DNA of 64,000 bases from Longimicrobiales bacterium (GCA_965226375.1 CBDDCX010000005.1:192001-256000); one strand, 5' to 3'. Positions 20,313 to 30,665 are shown, counted from the stretch's first letter. Notes: generated by a model from the letters alone, not told the origin. Made by a program: numbers and translations.

Positions 20313-21359
20313 CTATTGGTCGGTGGTCGTGCGCGGCCTCAGCGGAGGGAGCTTGGCCTGCCCAATAGTGTTCGCATCGGATCCGAACCAGATCGAGTTG
20401 GTGCTCTCTTCATAAAACATGTGACGAACCGAGCCCCCGCCGCTTCCGATGTCGGTGACCGAGAAAAACTCTTCGGTCGACGGATCGAAGCCGACGAACT
20501 TGTTGGGGTACACTCCGGTCTCGACGAACCAAATCCGGTCCGCCCCATCGATCGCCATCGCGTAGGGCCTCGACCGTTCGCCCGACGGGTTGTCCCACTC
20601 TTCGATGGCCCCGGTCTTCGGGTCTAGCCGACCCAGCCGACCCAGGCTGTGGTCCACATACCAGATCATATCGTCGGAGTCGACCACGAGGCGGCGCGGT
20701 CTCGTGCGCTCGTCGGGGAGGTCGAAGGAGGTGAGCTCCATCGTCTCCGGATCTACGGTCGCGATCTTGTTGGTGTTGAACAGCGCGATCCAAGGGTGGT
20801 TCTGCGAGTCCATGTGAATCCCGTAGGGTCGGCTGGAGGTGCCCCTTCCACTGATGACCTCGGGGGCCTTCACCAGACTCACGTCACCGGTGCCGGAGAC
20901 GAAGCGTCCGACGAAGTTCCCGCCCTGAACGGTGAACCAGAGGTCGTCGCCCTCACCGAAGACCAGCGTATGGGGATCACGAGCCGCCAGCTCCGGCATC
21001 CTGAACCTCTCGATGTCACCGGTCGTCGGGTCGAGCTTGCCGATGTTCCCCACCAGGTTGCCCGTGTAGTAGACCGTACCGTCATCGTCTACGACAAGGT
21101 TGTGAGGGCCGGTCCCGTCACTCAGGGGAAACTGCTTGAACTCCCCGGTTGTCCGGTCCAGCCATGCGGCGTAATGGGTACGCTGGCCGACGAACCAGAT
21201 CTTGCCGTCCGGGGCTACGTACGGATCGCGTGGCCGACTCTCCTCCCAAGGCACCTTCCATTCGGCGATTTCGATCTCCTGGGCTTGCTGGGCCGTCAGG
21301 GCACCGCCCGAGAGCCCCAGCGCCAGGGCTGTGAGTGGCATCAGATTCACGAGCCGCAT
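20313..21359 (-). CDS. Secreted virginiamycin B lyase (Vgb)-like beta-propeller
   Basis: Repeated blades such as SRPYGI, IWF and IGKLDPTTG; signal peptide. Confidence 0.85.
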   Translation of the reverse strand: MRLVNLMPLTALALGLSGGALTAQQAQEIEIAEWKVPWEESRPRDPYVAPDGKIWFVGQRTHYAAWLDRTTGEFKQFPLSDGTGPHNLVVDDDGTVYYTGNLVGNIGKLDPTTGDIERFRMPELAARDPHTLVFGEGDDLWFTVQGGNFVGRFVSGTGDVSLVKAPEVISGRGTSSRPYGIHMDSQNHPWIALFNTNKIATVDPETMELTSFDLPDERTRPRRLVVDSDDMIWYVDHSLGRLGRLDPKTGAIEEWDNPSGERSRPYAMAIDGADRIWFVETGVYPNKFVGFDPSTEEFFSVTDIGSGGGSVRHMFYEESTNSIWFGSDANTIGQAKLPPLRPRTTTDQ

Positions 21360-21434
21360 CGTCCCCTCCTTGCTAAAGATTCCCCATCTGACTCGATACG
21401 TCTCGGCCGACGCTCGGTGACTTTCGCTAGTGAA

Positions 21435-21947
21435 TCAAGCGTCGAACGGTTCCGTATGCCAGAGTCCACCTGCTGATCCGGCCACCTCCTCGAACGCGAT
21501 GGCGGATATGGCGTCGAGCTGCTGACCTATCTGTTCCCCAAGTAGCTTGCGGATGAACTTCGTCGGGTGATCTAGATCCCATTCCACGAGGGGCTCGGGG
21601 CCATCTTCCAGTACCTGGAGAATGCGGAGCACCAAGTACGTGTCATCCAGAAGTCCGGCCAATCCCAGAGTCATCTCGGGGAGGATGTCTACGGGGTGTA
21701 GAAAGTAACGTGCCGCCCGGTCCAGCAGGGGCTGAACGACCGGAGTCATGCCGCGGTCTGCAGCTTCCTGAGCGGCCGTAGCGAATAAAAGGGGGACGGT
21801 CTCGATGATCTCGAGCGCGACCTCAGCGGCGTCGAGGACCTCCTCCTCCGAGGCCTCGGGCATCCTGTCGCGAATATACCGCTCGAGTACTCCCGTGCCT
21901 CGCGCTTTGGCGCTGTCGATGACAGCCTGGATCTCATCCAGCTTCAC
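21435..21947 (-). CDS. DUF1232/YkvA-like protein
   Basis: YFLHPVDILPE..GLAGLLDD motif. Confidence 0.7.
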   Translation of the reverse strand: MKLDEIQAVIDSAKARGTGVLERYIRDRMPEASEEEVLDAAEVALEIIETVPLLFATAAQEAADRGMTPVVQPLLDRAARYFLHPVDILPEMTLGLAGLLDDTYLVLRILQVLEDGPEPLVEWDLDHPTKFIRKLLGEQIGQQLDAISAIAFEEVAGSAGGLWHTEPFDA

Positions 21948-22062
21948 GGGTCACTCCTCAGGACTCGTTACGGCAATTCGAGCTGCCGGAAAAATAAGCG
22001 CGACGAATGTCGCGGTTGTCATTCACGGAGCCAACCACGTGAGCGCCGCGTGTGACCCAGGA

Positions 22063-23526
22063 TCACGAGGTGGGAGGTACGGCCTTTTGACTGCGTCGCC
22101 AATCCTCGGAGCGCACCAAGGTTTTCCAGACGGCCGTGGGTATGGCGGCGAAGGGGAATGCGATGACGGCGATCGCGAGGTCGGGGTGGAGCCGGAGCAG
22201 CGCCATGATCGACATCTTTTCCACGCCCAGGATGATCAGCAGTGGAAGTGCCGCGGCGAACGCAAGCTCCAGAGCCAGGCGACTGAGGATGGGTGGGGTG
22301 TGAGCGATGGCCGTGGGTCGTCCACTCGCCCTCCAACGGTGAAGCCAGCGCAACGGCAGCAGGATGATCCCGACGACGACCAGGATCAACAGCATCAGGT
22401 GCAGGATACGCTCCCAAAGAAAGTAGGCTTGCCCGGCACGCCCCAGAGCCCGGTCCGCAACGCCGCGTAGGAGCACGCTAGCCGCGTCGGGCCCGGGACC
22501 CCCCGCGCGGCTTGCGAGAACGACGATACCCAGACCTTGCTCCGGAAGGACCGCGATCAAGGCGTGGAATCCTGGGCTCAGCCCCTCCTGGTACCTCGCT
22601 CGCACATCCTCGCCCCAGAGGGGCTCCCAACCGTAGGCGAGTGCCGGGTCTGTGCCGGTCGCCTGATTCACTGCTGTCGGCAGAAGCGCCTCGACTCCCG
22701 AGACCGACAGCGATGGCGCATCGTCGCGAGTCCCATGGGCGAGAAGCACAGACAAGAACCGGCCCAGGTCTGCGGCGCTGGCGGCCACGCGGGCGGCGGG
22801 GACCACGGCGTCCGCGTATGCGTGGCCGTCTGTCGCCATGGGCCATCCGAACATGTAGCGATGGCCCGTTACGACTCCCTCGTTCCGGGCGGTCTCGCCG
22901 TCCGCACTGACGGATCGCATCCCGATCGGCTCGAAGACCCGCTCCGCCATGTGCTCGGAATACGGTTGCCCCGATACGGCCTCCAAGACTCTGCCCAGGA
23001 CCAGGTAGTCCAGGCTCGCAGCCTCGTGCTTCGCGCCCGGCTCGCGGACGAAATCGATATGGTCGAGCCGCCCTTGGACTTGCACTCGGCGGTTGTAGAA
23101 ACCGATTCGGGGAAGTCCGCTACGGTGGGCCAGCAGGTGACGGATCGTCAGGCGCCCGGTGCGGGCGGCATCCTTGAAGGCCAGTCGCGGAAGGTATCGG
23201 ACGACCGGTGCGTCCAGATCGATCAATTCGTCATCCACGAGCCGCATGACCGCGAACGCCGTGAGCGTCTCCGAGACCGAACCCAGGTAGAAGCGATCGG
23301 GGGAGGCGGCCACCCCTTCGGTACTGGGGCCGCGGGGTGTGAAGCGTCCTTCGTACAAGGGGCCCTCCGGTCCCACTACAACCACTGCCACGTCCGGGAG
23401 CTGCCCTACTCTGGCCACCGAAGCGACGTACTCCGACAGAGCAGCCGTGTCGAGAGCGGGTGGTCCCTGCCCCTCCAGGGGAGGAGCCCACAAGACTCCC
23501 ACCAAGACGCATGGGAGGATCCTCAC
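22063..23526 (-). CDS. Class C beta-lactamase/serine hydrolase-fold protein with degenerate active site and 3 C-terminal TM helices
   Basis: IDLDAPVVRYLP, TIRHLLAHRSGL, FEPIGM; SxxK reads SVSE and YxN reads AAS. Confidence 0.8.
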   Translation of the reverse strand: MRILPCVLVGVLWAPPLEGQGPPALDTAALSEYVASVARVGQLPDVAVVVVGPEGPLYEGRFTPRGPSTEGVAASPDRFYLGSVSETLTAFAVMRLVDDELIDLDAPVVRYLPRLAFKDAARTGRLTIRHLLAHRSGLPRIGFYNRRVQVQGRLDHIDFVREPGAKHEAASLDYLVLGRVLEAVSGQPYSEHMAERVFEPIGMRSVSADGETARNEGVVTGHRYMFGWPMATDGHAYADAVVPAARVAASAADLGRFLSVLLAHGTRDDAPSLSVSGVEALLPTAVNQATGTDPALAYGWEPLWGEDVRARYQEGLSPGFHALIAVLPEQGLGIVVLASRAGGPGPDAASVLLRGVADRALGRAGQAYFLWERILHLMLLILVVVGIILLPLRWLHRWRASGRPTAIAHTPPILSRLALELAFAAALPLLIILGVEKMSIMALLRLHPDLAIAVIAFPFAAIPTAVWKTLVRSEDWRRSQKAVPPTS

Positions 23527-23545
23527 TTATGCACCTCCGGGGCCG

Positions 23546-26500
23546 TCAGCGGCCTCCTCGTGTCGGGATCTCCACGACATCCCCGGGATCGGCCCGTACA
23601 TTCGCATCGTCGAGACTGCGGTTGAGAGCGGGCATGCGCTCCGAGATCACGGTGTTGAGTCGCTCTATGATGCCTGGCACGTCGCTCCACGCCTTGTCTA
23701 CGGCCTCGATTTGGTCTTCGGTGGGCCGTGTCGTGGATCCCTCGATAGCCGAGCGGGTTCTGCGCACCGAGAGGTCATCCAGGTCGTCGCTGATACTGCC
23801 GAGGTCTTCCTTGATCGCCTTCACCTCTTCGCCTAGTGTCTCGGACGCATCGTCGGCGTCGTTCAAGAGATCGTCCACGTCGCCGAGTTGGTCGCGAAGT
23901 CGCAGTATCGCTTGTCCAGCGTCATGGATCGACGTCTCGAGCCCATAGGCCGACATGATGGCGGCTTGGCGCGCTGCGAGATCCCCACGGGAAACTTCGA
24001 TACGAGGATCCTGCCGCAGCACCAGATCACCCAGCATGGTCGTCTTACCGTATTCGATCTGGATCTGATAGACTCCGGGGAGCACCTTGGGACCCTGTAC
24101 AGGGCCTCCGAACCCGCCTCCCCCGCCCGTGGCTTGTTCGGTCTCGTAGGGTGGATCCAGCCGGAAGTCCCAGATGACCTCGTGGGCTCCCGGGGAGGAC
24201 GGCCCCTCGAGGGTCCGCACTTCCTGCCCGGTGGCCGTCGTGATCTGGATGTCGATCGAGTCGTCGTCGGCCTCCTGCTCTGCGTCGGCCGATTCCTCCT
24301 CGTCGGCCGCTTCATCGTCCGGGTCGTCGGAATCGTCAGCGTCGTCGTCGGCCATCGTGGCCTCCTCGGGCAGCCAATACCGGATACGAGCGCCGGTGCT
24401 CGGGTTTGGAATGCGGAATTCTCCAGAGGCGGTCCACTCCTGGTTGCGGAAGTTCCTCCAGTCCACCGCCCGGCCGACGCGGAAGAGATAGGAGCGAGAG
24501 GCCTCGACGGATCCGGCAGCGAGCTCGTCGAGCGGCGTGATGTTGTCCATCACCCAGATGCCCCGGCCATGGGTTCCGATGATGAGATCATTGTGGTCGG
24601 GTTGGATCTTGATGTCGTCCACCGGCACCGTGGGCAAGCCGTTCATCAGCGCGGCCCAGCTCGAGCCGCGATCGGTCGACACATATAGGCCTACCTCATT
24701 TCCGACAAAGAGCAGGTTCTCCTGGTCCGGGTGCTCGGCCAGGATGTTCACGGAAGAGTTTGGGAGCCCCGCGGTGATCGAGGTCCAAGTCTCACCGAAG
24801 TCGTCGCTCACATACACGTACGGAGCGAAGTCTCCCGAGTAGTGCCCATCGAACGTGGCGTAGACGCGGCTCTCTCGTGCGTTGGAGGCTACCAGGCGAC
24901 TGACGTAGGTGTTGGTGGGCAAGTCCCGTATTCCCGGCGTCAGGTCCACCCAGTTCACACCTCCGTCCTGCGTACCCATGATCCGGCCGTCGTCGCTGCC
25001 GGTGTAGAGGACGTCTGGACGCATGGGCGACTCTCCCACCGTGGTCAGAGTGCTGTAGGTCGAAACCCCGTCGTGACGCGAGATCATGGAGTCCGAGGGC
25101 AAGACCCCCATGATGGGCAGCTGAGACCGATTTATGTCGAAGGTCAGATCGGGGCTGATCTGGCTCCAGGTCATGCCTTGGTCCGTGCTCCTCATCAGCA
25201 TCTGGCTGCCTGTGTAGACCGTGTTCCGGTCGTGGGAGGAGAGCAGTGTGGGTGTATTCCAGTTGAAGCGGTATTGAGCGTCCTCCGAGTCGGGATCGTC
25301 CGCAGAGGGGTAGTCCTTCTTGCGAGGCGAACCCTCTTCCAGGTCGAAGTTGGGCGTCGGTGCGATCGACATTCGCTCCCCCGTCGCCAGGTTCACACGA
25401 CTCACACGGCCGCCCTGAGACTCGGCGTAGAGCACGCTCGAGTCCTCCGGGTCGATCTGGACGTAGAAGCCGTCTCCCCCCCCGATGTTCTGCCAGTCGG
25501 CGTTACGAATGCCTTGACTGTCGAGCGTGTTGGTCGGGCCGCACCAGCTTCCGTTGTCCTGCAATCCCCCACACACCCAGTACGGATTTCGCGTGTCGAA
25601 GCCGATTTCGTAGAACTGGGACACGGGAAGGTTGTCGTAGAAACGCCAAGTTTCCGAGCCGTCGAACGAGGTCGAGACACCGCCGTCGCTTCCCAGGATC
25701 AGGTGGTTCGAGTTGGACGGGTCGATCCACAGGGCGTGGTGGTCGAGGTGGACGTTTCGGGCACCCTCACTCGTGAACGTCCGCCCGCCATCGTCGGACC
25801 GCATCAGGTTCACGCCACCCACGTAGACGCGTTGAGGGTTGTTCGGATCCACGCGGATCATGCTGAAATACATCGGGCGGCGGTTGGTGTTCGACAGCTT
25901 CTCCCAAGTGTCGCCTCGGTCCCTCGATGCGTAAATGCCGGTCTGGCCCCGGCGGGCCTCGACCGTGGCGAAGACCAGATTGCCGTCCCGTCTGTAAACG
26001 TCGAGCCCGATGCGCCCCAGGTCTCCGTCCGGGAGACCGTCCTCCAAACGCTTCCACGTGGCGCCACCGTCCAAGGTGCGGTAGATGCCGCTTCCCGGGC
26101 CGCCCCCGTTGAAGCCCCACGCCGTACGCTGACGCTGGTACATCGCGGCGAACAGCGTGTTGGGGTCGGCCGGATCCATGATCAAGTCGATGGCCCCGGT
26201 CTGGTCGTCCACGAAGAGGACCAGGTCCCAGGTGGCGCCGCCGTCGGTGGTCTTATAGACACCCCGCTCCGGGCTCGACTTCCAGAGATTACCGACGGCG
26301 GCCACATAGGCGACGTCGGGATCGCGCGGATGGACCCGAATGCGACCGATGTGCCGGGTTTCCTGCAGGCCCATGCTGTTCCAGGTACGCCCGCCGTCCA
26401 TCGACTTGAAGACGCCGTCACCCCACGGCGAGCTCTGCCGATTCTGCGGCTCGCCCGTGCCCACCCACACCACGTTGGGGTTCGACGGTGCCAGGGTGAC

Positions 26501-26812
26501 ATCCCCGATGGAAGCCGTGGACTGGTCGGTGAAGACCGCGGTCCAGGTGGTGCCGTGGTTGGTGCTCTTCCACACCCCGCCGGTGGCCGTGCCCACGTAG
26601 ATGTTGCGGGTGTCCGCCTCATCCACCGCCAGGTCGCTGATGCGCCCGCCTACAACGGCGGGACCGATCTCACGCCACTTCAGGAAGGCCGTCAGTTCCG
26701 CTGGGTCGCTGGACGCGTCTTCTTGGGCGTGAACTGGCGTCCCTACCACGCACAGGACGGCCAGGACAAGGCACCACGATGTGAGCGAGGCGTAGGCTCT
26801 GGGCATCTTCAT
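23546..26812 (-). CDS. Secreted VPS10/BNR-repeat (sortilin-like) glycosyl-hydrolase-type protein
   Basis: WREIGP...GGR start, many S/TxDGGxTW Asp-box repeats, GGLQDNG, GTHGRG. Confidence 0.88.
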   Translation of the reverse strand: MKMPRAYASLTSWCLVLAVLCVVGTPVHAQEDASSDPAELTAFLKWREIGPAVVGGRISDLAVDEADTRNIYVGTATGGVWKSTNHGTTWTAVFTDQSTASIGDVTLAPSNPNVVWVGTGEPQNRQSSPWGDGVFKSMDGGRTWNSMGLQETRHIGRIRVHPRDPDVAYVAAVGNLWKSSPERGVYKTTDGGATWDLVLFVDDQTGAIDLIMDPADPNTLFAAMYQRQRTAWGFNGGGPGSGIYRTLDGGATWKRLEDGLPDGDLGRIGLDVYRRDGNLVFATVEARRGQTGIYASRDRGDTWEKLSNTNRRPMYFSMIRVDPNNPQRVYVGGVNLMRSDDGGRTFTSEGARNVHLDHHALWIDPSNSNHLILGSDGGVSTSFDGSETWRFYDNLPVSQFYEIGFDTRNPYWVCGGLQDNGSWCGPTNTLDSQGIRNADWQNIGGGDGFYVQIDPEDSSVLYAESQGGRVSRVNLATGERMSIAPTPNFDLEEGSPRKKDYPSADDPDSEDAQYRFNWNTPTLLSSHDRNTVYTGSQMLMRSTDQGMTWSQISPDLTFDINRSQLPIMGVLPSDSMISRHDGVSTYSTLTTVGESPMRPDVLYTGSDDGRIMGTQDGGVNWVDLTPGIRDLPTNTYVSRLVASNARESRVYATFDGHYSGDFAPYVYVSDDFGETWTSITAGLPNSSVNILAEHPDQENLLFVGNEVGLYVSTDRGSSWAALMNGLPTVPVDDIKIQPDHNDLIIGTHGRGIWVMDNITPLDELAAGSVEASRSYLFRVGRAVDWRNFRNQEWTASGEFRIPNPSTGARIRYWLPEEATMADDDADDSDDPDDEAADEEESADAEQEADDDSIDIQITTATGQEVRTLEGPSSPGAHEVIWDFRLDPPYETEQATGGGGGFGGPVQGPKVLPGVYQIQIEYGKTTMLGDLVLRQDPRIEVSRGDLAARQAAIMSAYGLETSIHDAGQAILRLRDQLGDVDDLLNDADDASETLGEEVKAIKEDLGSISDDLDDLSVRRTRSAIEGSTTRPTEDQIEAVDKAWSDVPGIIERLNTVISERMPALNRSLDDANVRADPGDVVEIPTRGGR

Positions 26813-26923
26813 ATGTCCGCTCTTCTCAATGATCGACGGCAATGAGTTCCAAGTCCGCAAGAATTCCGGAGTGCGACCCCGTAAGATGGGACCGGTGGAT
26901 ATCTGCGGGCAAAGGGGGTGGTG

Positions 26924-28018
26924 TCAGCGAGGCGCCGTTGCGACCTCGTAGGCCTGCTTGGCCACTTCGCGTGCGTACTCTCGCAACGTGTCACCTCGCC
27001 TCGGATCAGACCGATCAAGGAAGTAGGGGAGGGCGAGGCGGTTGATATGTTCGAGTGTCGCGTCCCACCCCAGGCCCGCTCGGTGCACCTCGGCAACGGC
27101 ATCCGCCACCGTCCGCATGAAGTCGCGCTGACCCTGCAGCAGGTTTGCGTCCCGTAACACGGGCCCGTGCGAGGGAACGATGATGTTCACGTCGAGCTCG
27201 GCGATGGCCGTTAGGGCTCGGGCCCAGCCGGCGGGAGAGCTGCTCTCGTCCACCCAAGGAAGGCCGTCCTCGACAAGGTCCCCCACCGCGAGGATTCGCT
27301 GGGCCGGCAAGTACACCACGATGTCCCCTCGAGTGTGGGCACGGCCGAAGTGAAGGAGATGGATGGGTTGAGTCGCATCATCCGCCAGCGTGAGAATTTC
27401 CTCGAAGGTGACGTCGGGAGCCGTCAGGCGTAGTGTCTGGAGTTCCTCCAGGTAACCTTGGCGGAGACGGGCGCTGCGACTCAACTGTTCGACCTCTGCG
27501 TTCGCCAGATCCTCTCCGCTCGGGCCTTTCCGGGTTCTTATCTGCTCCTCCCGATCGGCGATGCTGGCCGGCAGGTCGGCAATCTCCTGAGCGAGGGCGG
27601 CTGCACCCTGCGAGTGCACGTCCGTGACCGTGGTCACGTGTCCGATGAATTCGACGTCGGGGAACTGTTCCTTGTAGCTCTGGTTGCCGTAGACGTGGTC
27701 CCCGTGCCAATGGGTATTCACCACGTACCGCACCGGGAGAGGCGTGAGCTTTCTGATCTCGTCGATCAGGACGTTCGCCGCGGACGGCGACTGATGGGAG
27801 TCGACGACTAGTACGTCCCGTTCTCGTATGACGATGAGCGCATTGGCAAAGACGTACCGGGGAGGATTCGGGCGGACCAGTGCCACATGGACGTTCGGGG
27901 CGAGTTGCACGAGCTCGAAGGTGTCTTGCGCAGGGAGGCGACCGAACATCGCGAGGAGGACGCACAACGTTAAGGCTCCGCCACGCGTGGCGACGGCGGC
28001 CTGCGAAAACACGCTCAA
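26924..28018 (-). CDS. MBL-fold metallo-hydrolase, probably secreted
   Basis: NTHWHGDH, AHTRGD, GDL, PSHG; TTG start overlaps the upstream stop. Confidence 0.85.
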   Translation of the reverse strand: MSVFSQAAVATRGGALTLCVLLAMFGRLPAQDTFELVQLAPNVHVALVRPNPPRYVFANALIVIRERDVLVVDSHQSPSAANVLIDEIRKLTPLPVRYVVNTHWHGDHVYGNQSYKEQFPDVEFIGHVTTVTDVHSQGAAALAQEIADLPASIADREEQIRTRKGPSGEDLANAEVEQLSRSARLRQGYLEELQTLRLTAPDVTFEEILTLADDATQPIHLLHFGRAHTRGDIVVYLPAQRILAVGDLVEDGLPWVDESSSPAGWARALTAIAELDVNIIVPSHGPVLRDANLLQGQRDFMRTVADAVAEVHRAGLGWDATLEHINRLALPYFLDRSDPRRGDTLREYAREVAKQAYEVATAPR

Positions 28019-28353
28019 GTGACGGAGCCACCGACAAAGGCCTGCGCCTCGGCCATCAGGTCGACCCAGACCCTCTCGTCTCGTTCGGGAATGAGCACCC
28101 ACTGAGAAAAAATCCGGCCCGCCGGGGCGAAGGGCTGCCCGACCCCGGTCGTTATGAGCTCCTGCACCTGCGTCTTGGATAGCTTCACGATCAGCTCGCC
28201 CGTCCGATGATCGCAGGTGGCGAAGAACTCTCCGCCTGTGTGCAGGCACGGGAATCCCATCAGGCTTCCTTCCGTCACAGCATCCGCGGCGAAGAGCGGG
28301 CTGGCGAGCTCCCAGAAGAAGTCGGTGGCAGGCGGCTTCAAGTCCTTGGCCAT
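28015..28353 (-). CDS. Small hypothetical protein (TfoX_N/YjbR-like)
   Basis: GSLMGFPCL..GGEFFA, LIVKL, GQPFAPAGRIFSQWV; ATG at 28353. Confidence 0.65.
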   Translation of the reverse strand: MAKDLKPPATDFFWELASPLFAADAVTEGSLMGFPCLHTGGEFFATCDHRTGELIVKLSKTQVQELITTGVGQPFAPAGRIFSQWVLIPERDERVWVDLMAEAQAFVGGSVT

Positions 28354-28480
28354 ATCTGTAGTCCTTGTCGCGTAAGAGTCCTGCGTACCATACGTGCGAA
28401 TCAGTCTCGGCTGTCCTCCACGGTCCTGCCAGGGGTGACGTCGGCGGCGTCCGGCCTGTGGGGGGCTCACAACCCCCGAG

Positions 28481-29173
28481 TCACGGGCCCGCCATCGGCA
28501 GCGACACGTGCAGGTGGTCCGCAGTACCCACGTGCCGTAGCGTGTGAAACCCCATGATCCGGAAGTATCCCGCGGTGAGTCGGTTTCTGCGCTCGGTTCG
28601 CCCGACGGTCCGCAGATCCAGGGCATGCACGAAGCGGTCCTGCAACGTGAAGTGGAGTGACGTCTCGTTCACGGGGAGTCCCATCTTCAGGTAGTCCTCG
28701 GCCGTTCGGCCCAGATCGGTGACCACCGCTTCACGATCGAAGAGCAGGAACGTACTCGCACCGATTCGCATGAGGGGGTGGAGTGACGTGTAGTACGCCC
28801 GGAGCTCGGGCGTCTTCGCATTCGCCGCGGACAGATACAGCAGTCCGTAGACCGAATATCCGCCCACCACCGCGAAGAGCAGGTGCCTGGCCAACCGCGG
28901 CACACTTCCCTTGCCGATCATCCGCTTCCAGAGGATCGAAGCGTAGATGAGGAAGAGCAGCGCAGTGGCGAAGATCCCACTGGCCAATGAGGACCACGTA
29001 CCCCACCCGAGGTCCTGATAGGCGTACACGGAGCCGCGCACCAGCAGTAGGAAGGGCAGTGCCAGAATGATGGCGACCTTGAGCGAGAACCATCCGACGC
29101 GGGCTCCCAGGCCGAGGGCCTTTACCCACAGCCGTTTCTTTCTCGGGCGCACAACGCCGAGATCCAAATTCAT
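28481..29173 (-). CDS. Hypothetical membrane protein
   Basis: 3 TM segments plus a C-terminal domain with HALDLRT and HVGTADHLHVS. Confidence 0.65.
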   Translation of the reverse strand: MNLDLGVVRPRKKRLWVKALGLGARVGWFSLKVAIILALPFLLLVRGSVYAYQDLGWGTWSSLASGIFATALLFLIYASILWKRMIGKGSVPRLARHLLFAVVGGYSVYGLLYLSAANAKTPELRAYYTSLHPLMRIGASTFLLFDREAVVTDLGRTAEDYLKMGLPVNETSLHFTLQDRFVHALDLRTVGRTERRNRLTAGYFRIMGFHTLRHVGTADHLHVSLPMAGP

Positions 29174-29335
29174 GATGCTTTCCCGATTTCCACCCATCAT
29201 CACCCTCCCTACGGGGAAAGCGCTGTGTCGATTTCTGACGTCCGGAGTGCGCACGCACCCCGTTGACTTAGTGTGGTGCTACAGAAGCGTCTCGGCACTT
29301 TCGGTGGCTCGCGAACTCCCCGAAAAAAAAGGACC

Positions 29336-30631
29336 ATGCAGAGTTTATCCCAGGACGAGGTCCAGAGCCTTCTCCTCAGCCGGCCCGGCTGGGCAGAGGG
29401 ATGGGCCGGCTCGGCTGCGGGTCCGGAGCTCGTCACCCATTGGGTGGGTGCCCTCATCTGGAATACTCTGGGCGTTCCTGTCGGATGGCTCGCGCTCTTC
29501 GGGGACAAGGATTTGGGCCTCTTCCTGTCGCTCCTGCTCCCGGGGTTTACACTGGTGGGGGGTCTACTCCTGGTCATCGCTGTCCGGGAGACCCTGCGCT
29601 GGAGCCGCTTTCGTAATCTCCGCATGGAACTCGACCCTCACCCTGGTTCGCTGGGCGGGCATGTCGGTGGGTCGTTGGAGCTTCCAGTGCACCGTGTGGA
29701 TGACGGAAACGTTCGGGTTCTCCTCGTGTGCATCCGCGACCGTCTGCACAAGACGAGCGACGGATCGTCCCGAAAGGAGTCCATCGAGTGGGCCGAAGAG
29801 ATGATCCCCGAGGTAGTGCGTTCTGGCCGAGGGCATCTCGTTCGCTTCACCTTTCAGATCCCTGGGGGTCTGCCGCCGACCGGCGAGAAATCCGATGACT
29901 ATCACAAGTGGGTCGTGCGTGTGCAGGCGGATCTTGCGGGCGCCGATCTGGACCAGGCGTTCGAGGTGCCGGTGCTAGTCCTCGACCCGGTGCTGCATGC
30001 GGCACGTCCTACGTTGGCCACGCCGACGCCCGTGCGAACGGAGGCTCTACCGGACGATGTGGTTCGTGTCACGAGACGCGGGGGTGCCCTGACGCTCCAC
30101 TATCCTGTGGGCCGTGGTGGTTTGGCAGGCGTGATGTTCCTGGTGTTCGGGGCCATCTTCACGGGTATGGGTGTCTTCTTCTTCGGTGCCGTCTCGCAGA
30201 TGACGGATGGGAGTGCATTCGGCGTCGTCGCTGTTGCCTTCGGATCCATCTTCCTCGTGATTTTCGGTGGGGTGGGCGCCCTGATCATGTTCCTGGGACT
30301 CTATTCGCTCCTGAATTCTCTCGTGGTCGAGATACGCAATGGCAAGATCTCGACACGCCGGTGGTTTCTCCTGCCCGTTACCCGGTCGGCTCGGATCGAC
30401 GAGGTCGAACGCCTCGAGATGAACGAGAGCAGCCGGGTGGGTGACGGTGCCAAGGCGAAGCGCAAGGTGACGATTCGGGCGTTCTTGAGAGGGGGGCGCC
30501 GGCTCTGTCTGGGGGACGAAATCCCGTGGGGCCCGCCCGCCGACGCGATGTCCGCGTTGCTCAGTGGAGAGTTGGGCCTTCCGGTGGATCTTGTGAAGAG
30601 GCCGGATCGATTCCGCGCGGATCGCGGGTGA
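29336..30631 (+). CDS. Hypothetical membrane protein (resembles the C-terminal part of DUF3592-containing proteins)
   Basis: 4 TM segments, LELDPHPGSLGGHVGG-like beta domain; AAAGGA before ATG 29336. Confidence 0.6.
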   Translation: MQSLSQDEVQSLLLSRPGWAEGWAGSAAGPELVTHWVGALIWNTLGVPVGWLALFGDKDLGLFLSLLLPGFTLVGGLLLVIAVRETLRWSRFRNLRMELDPHPGSLGGHVGGSLELPVHRVDDGNVRVLLVCIRDRLHKTSDGSSRKESIEWAEEMIPEVVRSGRGHLVRFTFQIPGGLPPTGEKSDDYHKWVVRVQADLAGADLDQAFEVPVLVLDPVLHAARPTLATPTPVRTEALPDDVVRVTRRGGALTLHYPVGRGGLAGVMFLVFGAIFTGMGVFFFGAVSQMTDGSAFGVVAVAFGSIFLVIFGGVGALIMFLGLYSLLNSLVVEIRNGKISTRRWFLLPVTRSARIDEVERLEMNESSRVGDGAKAKRKVTIRAFLRGGRRLCLGDEIPWGPPADAMSALLSGELGLPVDLVKRPDRFRADRG

Positions 30632-30665
30632 GCGCCTGCGCTGACGCGAACGCACCTTACAGCAT

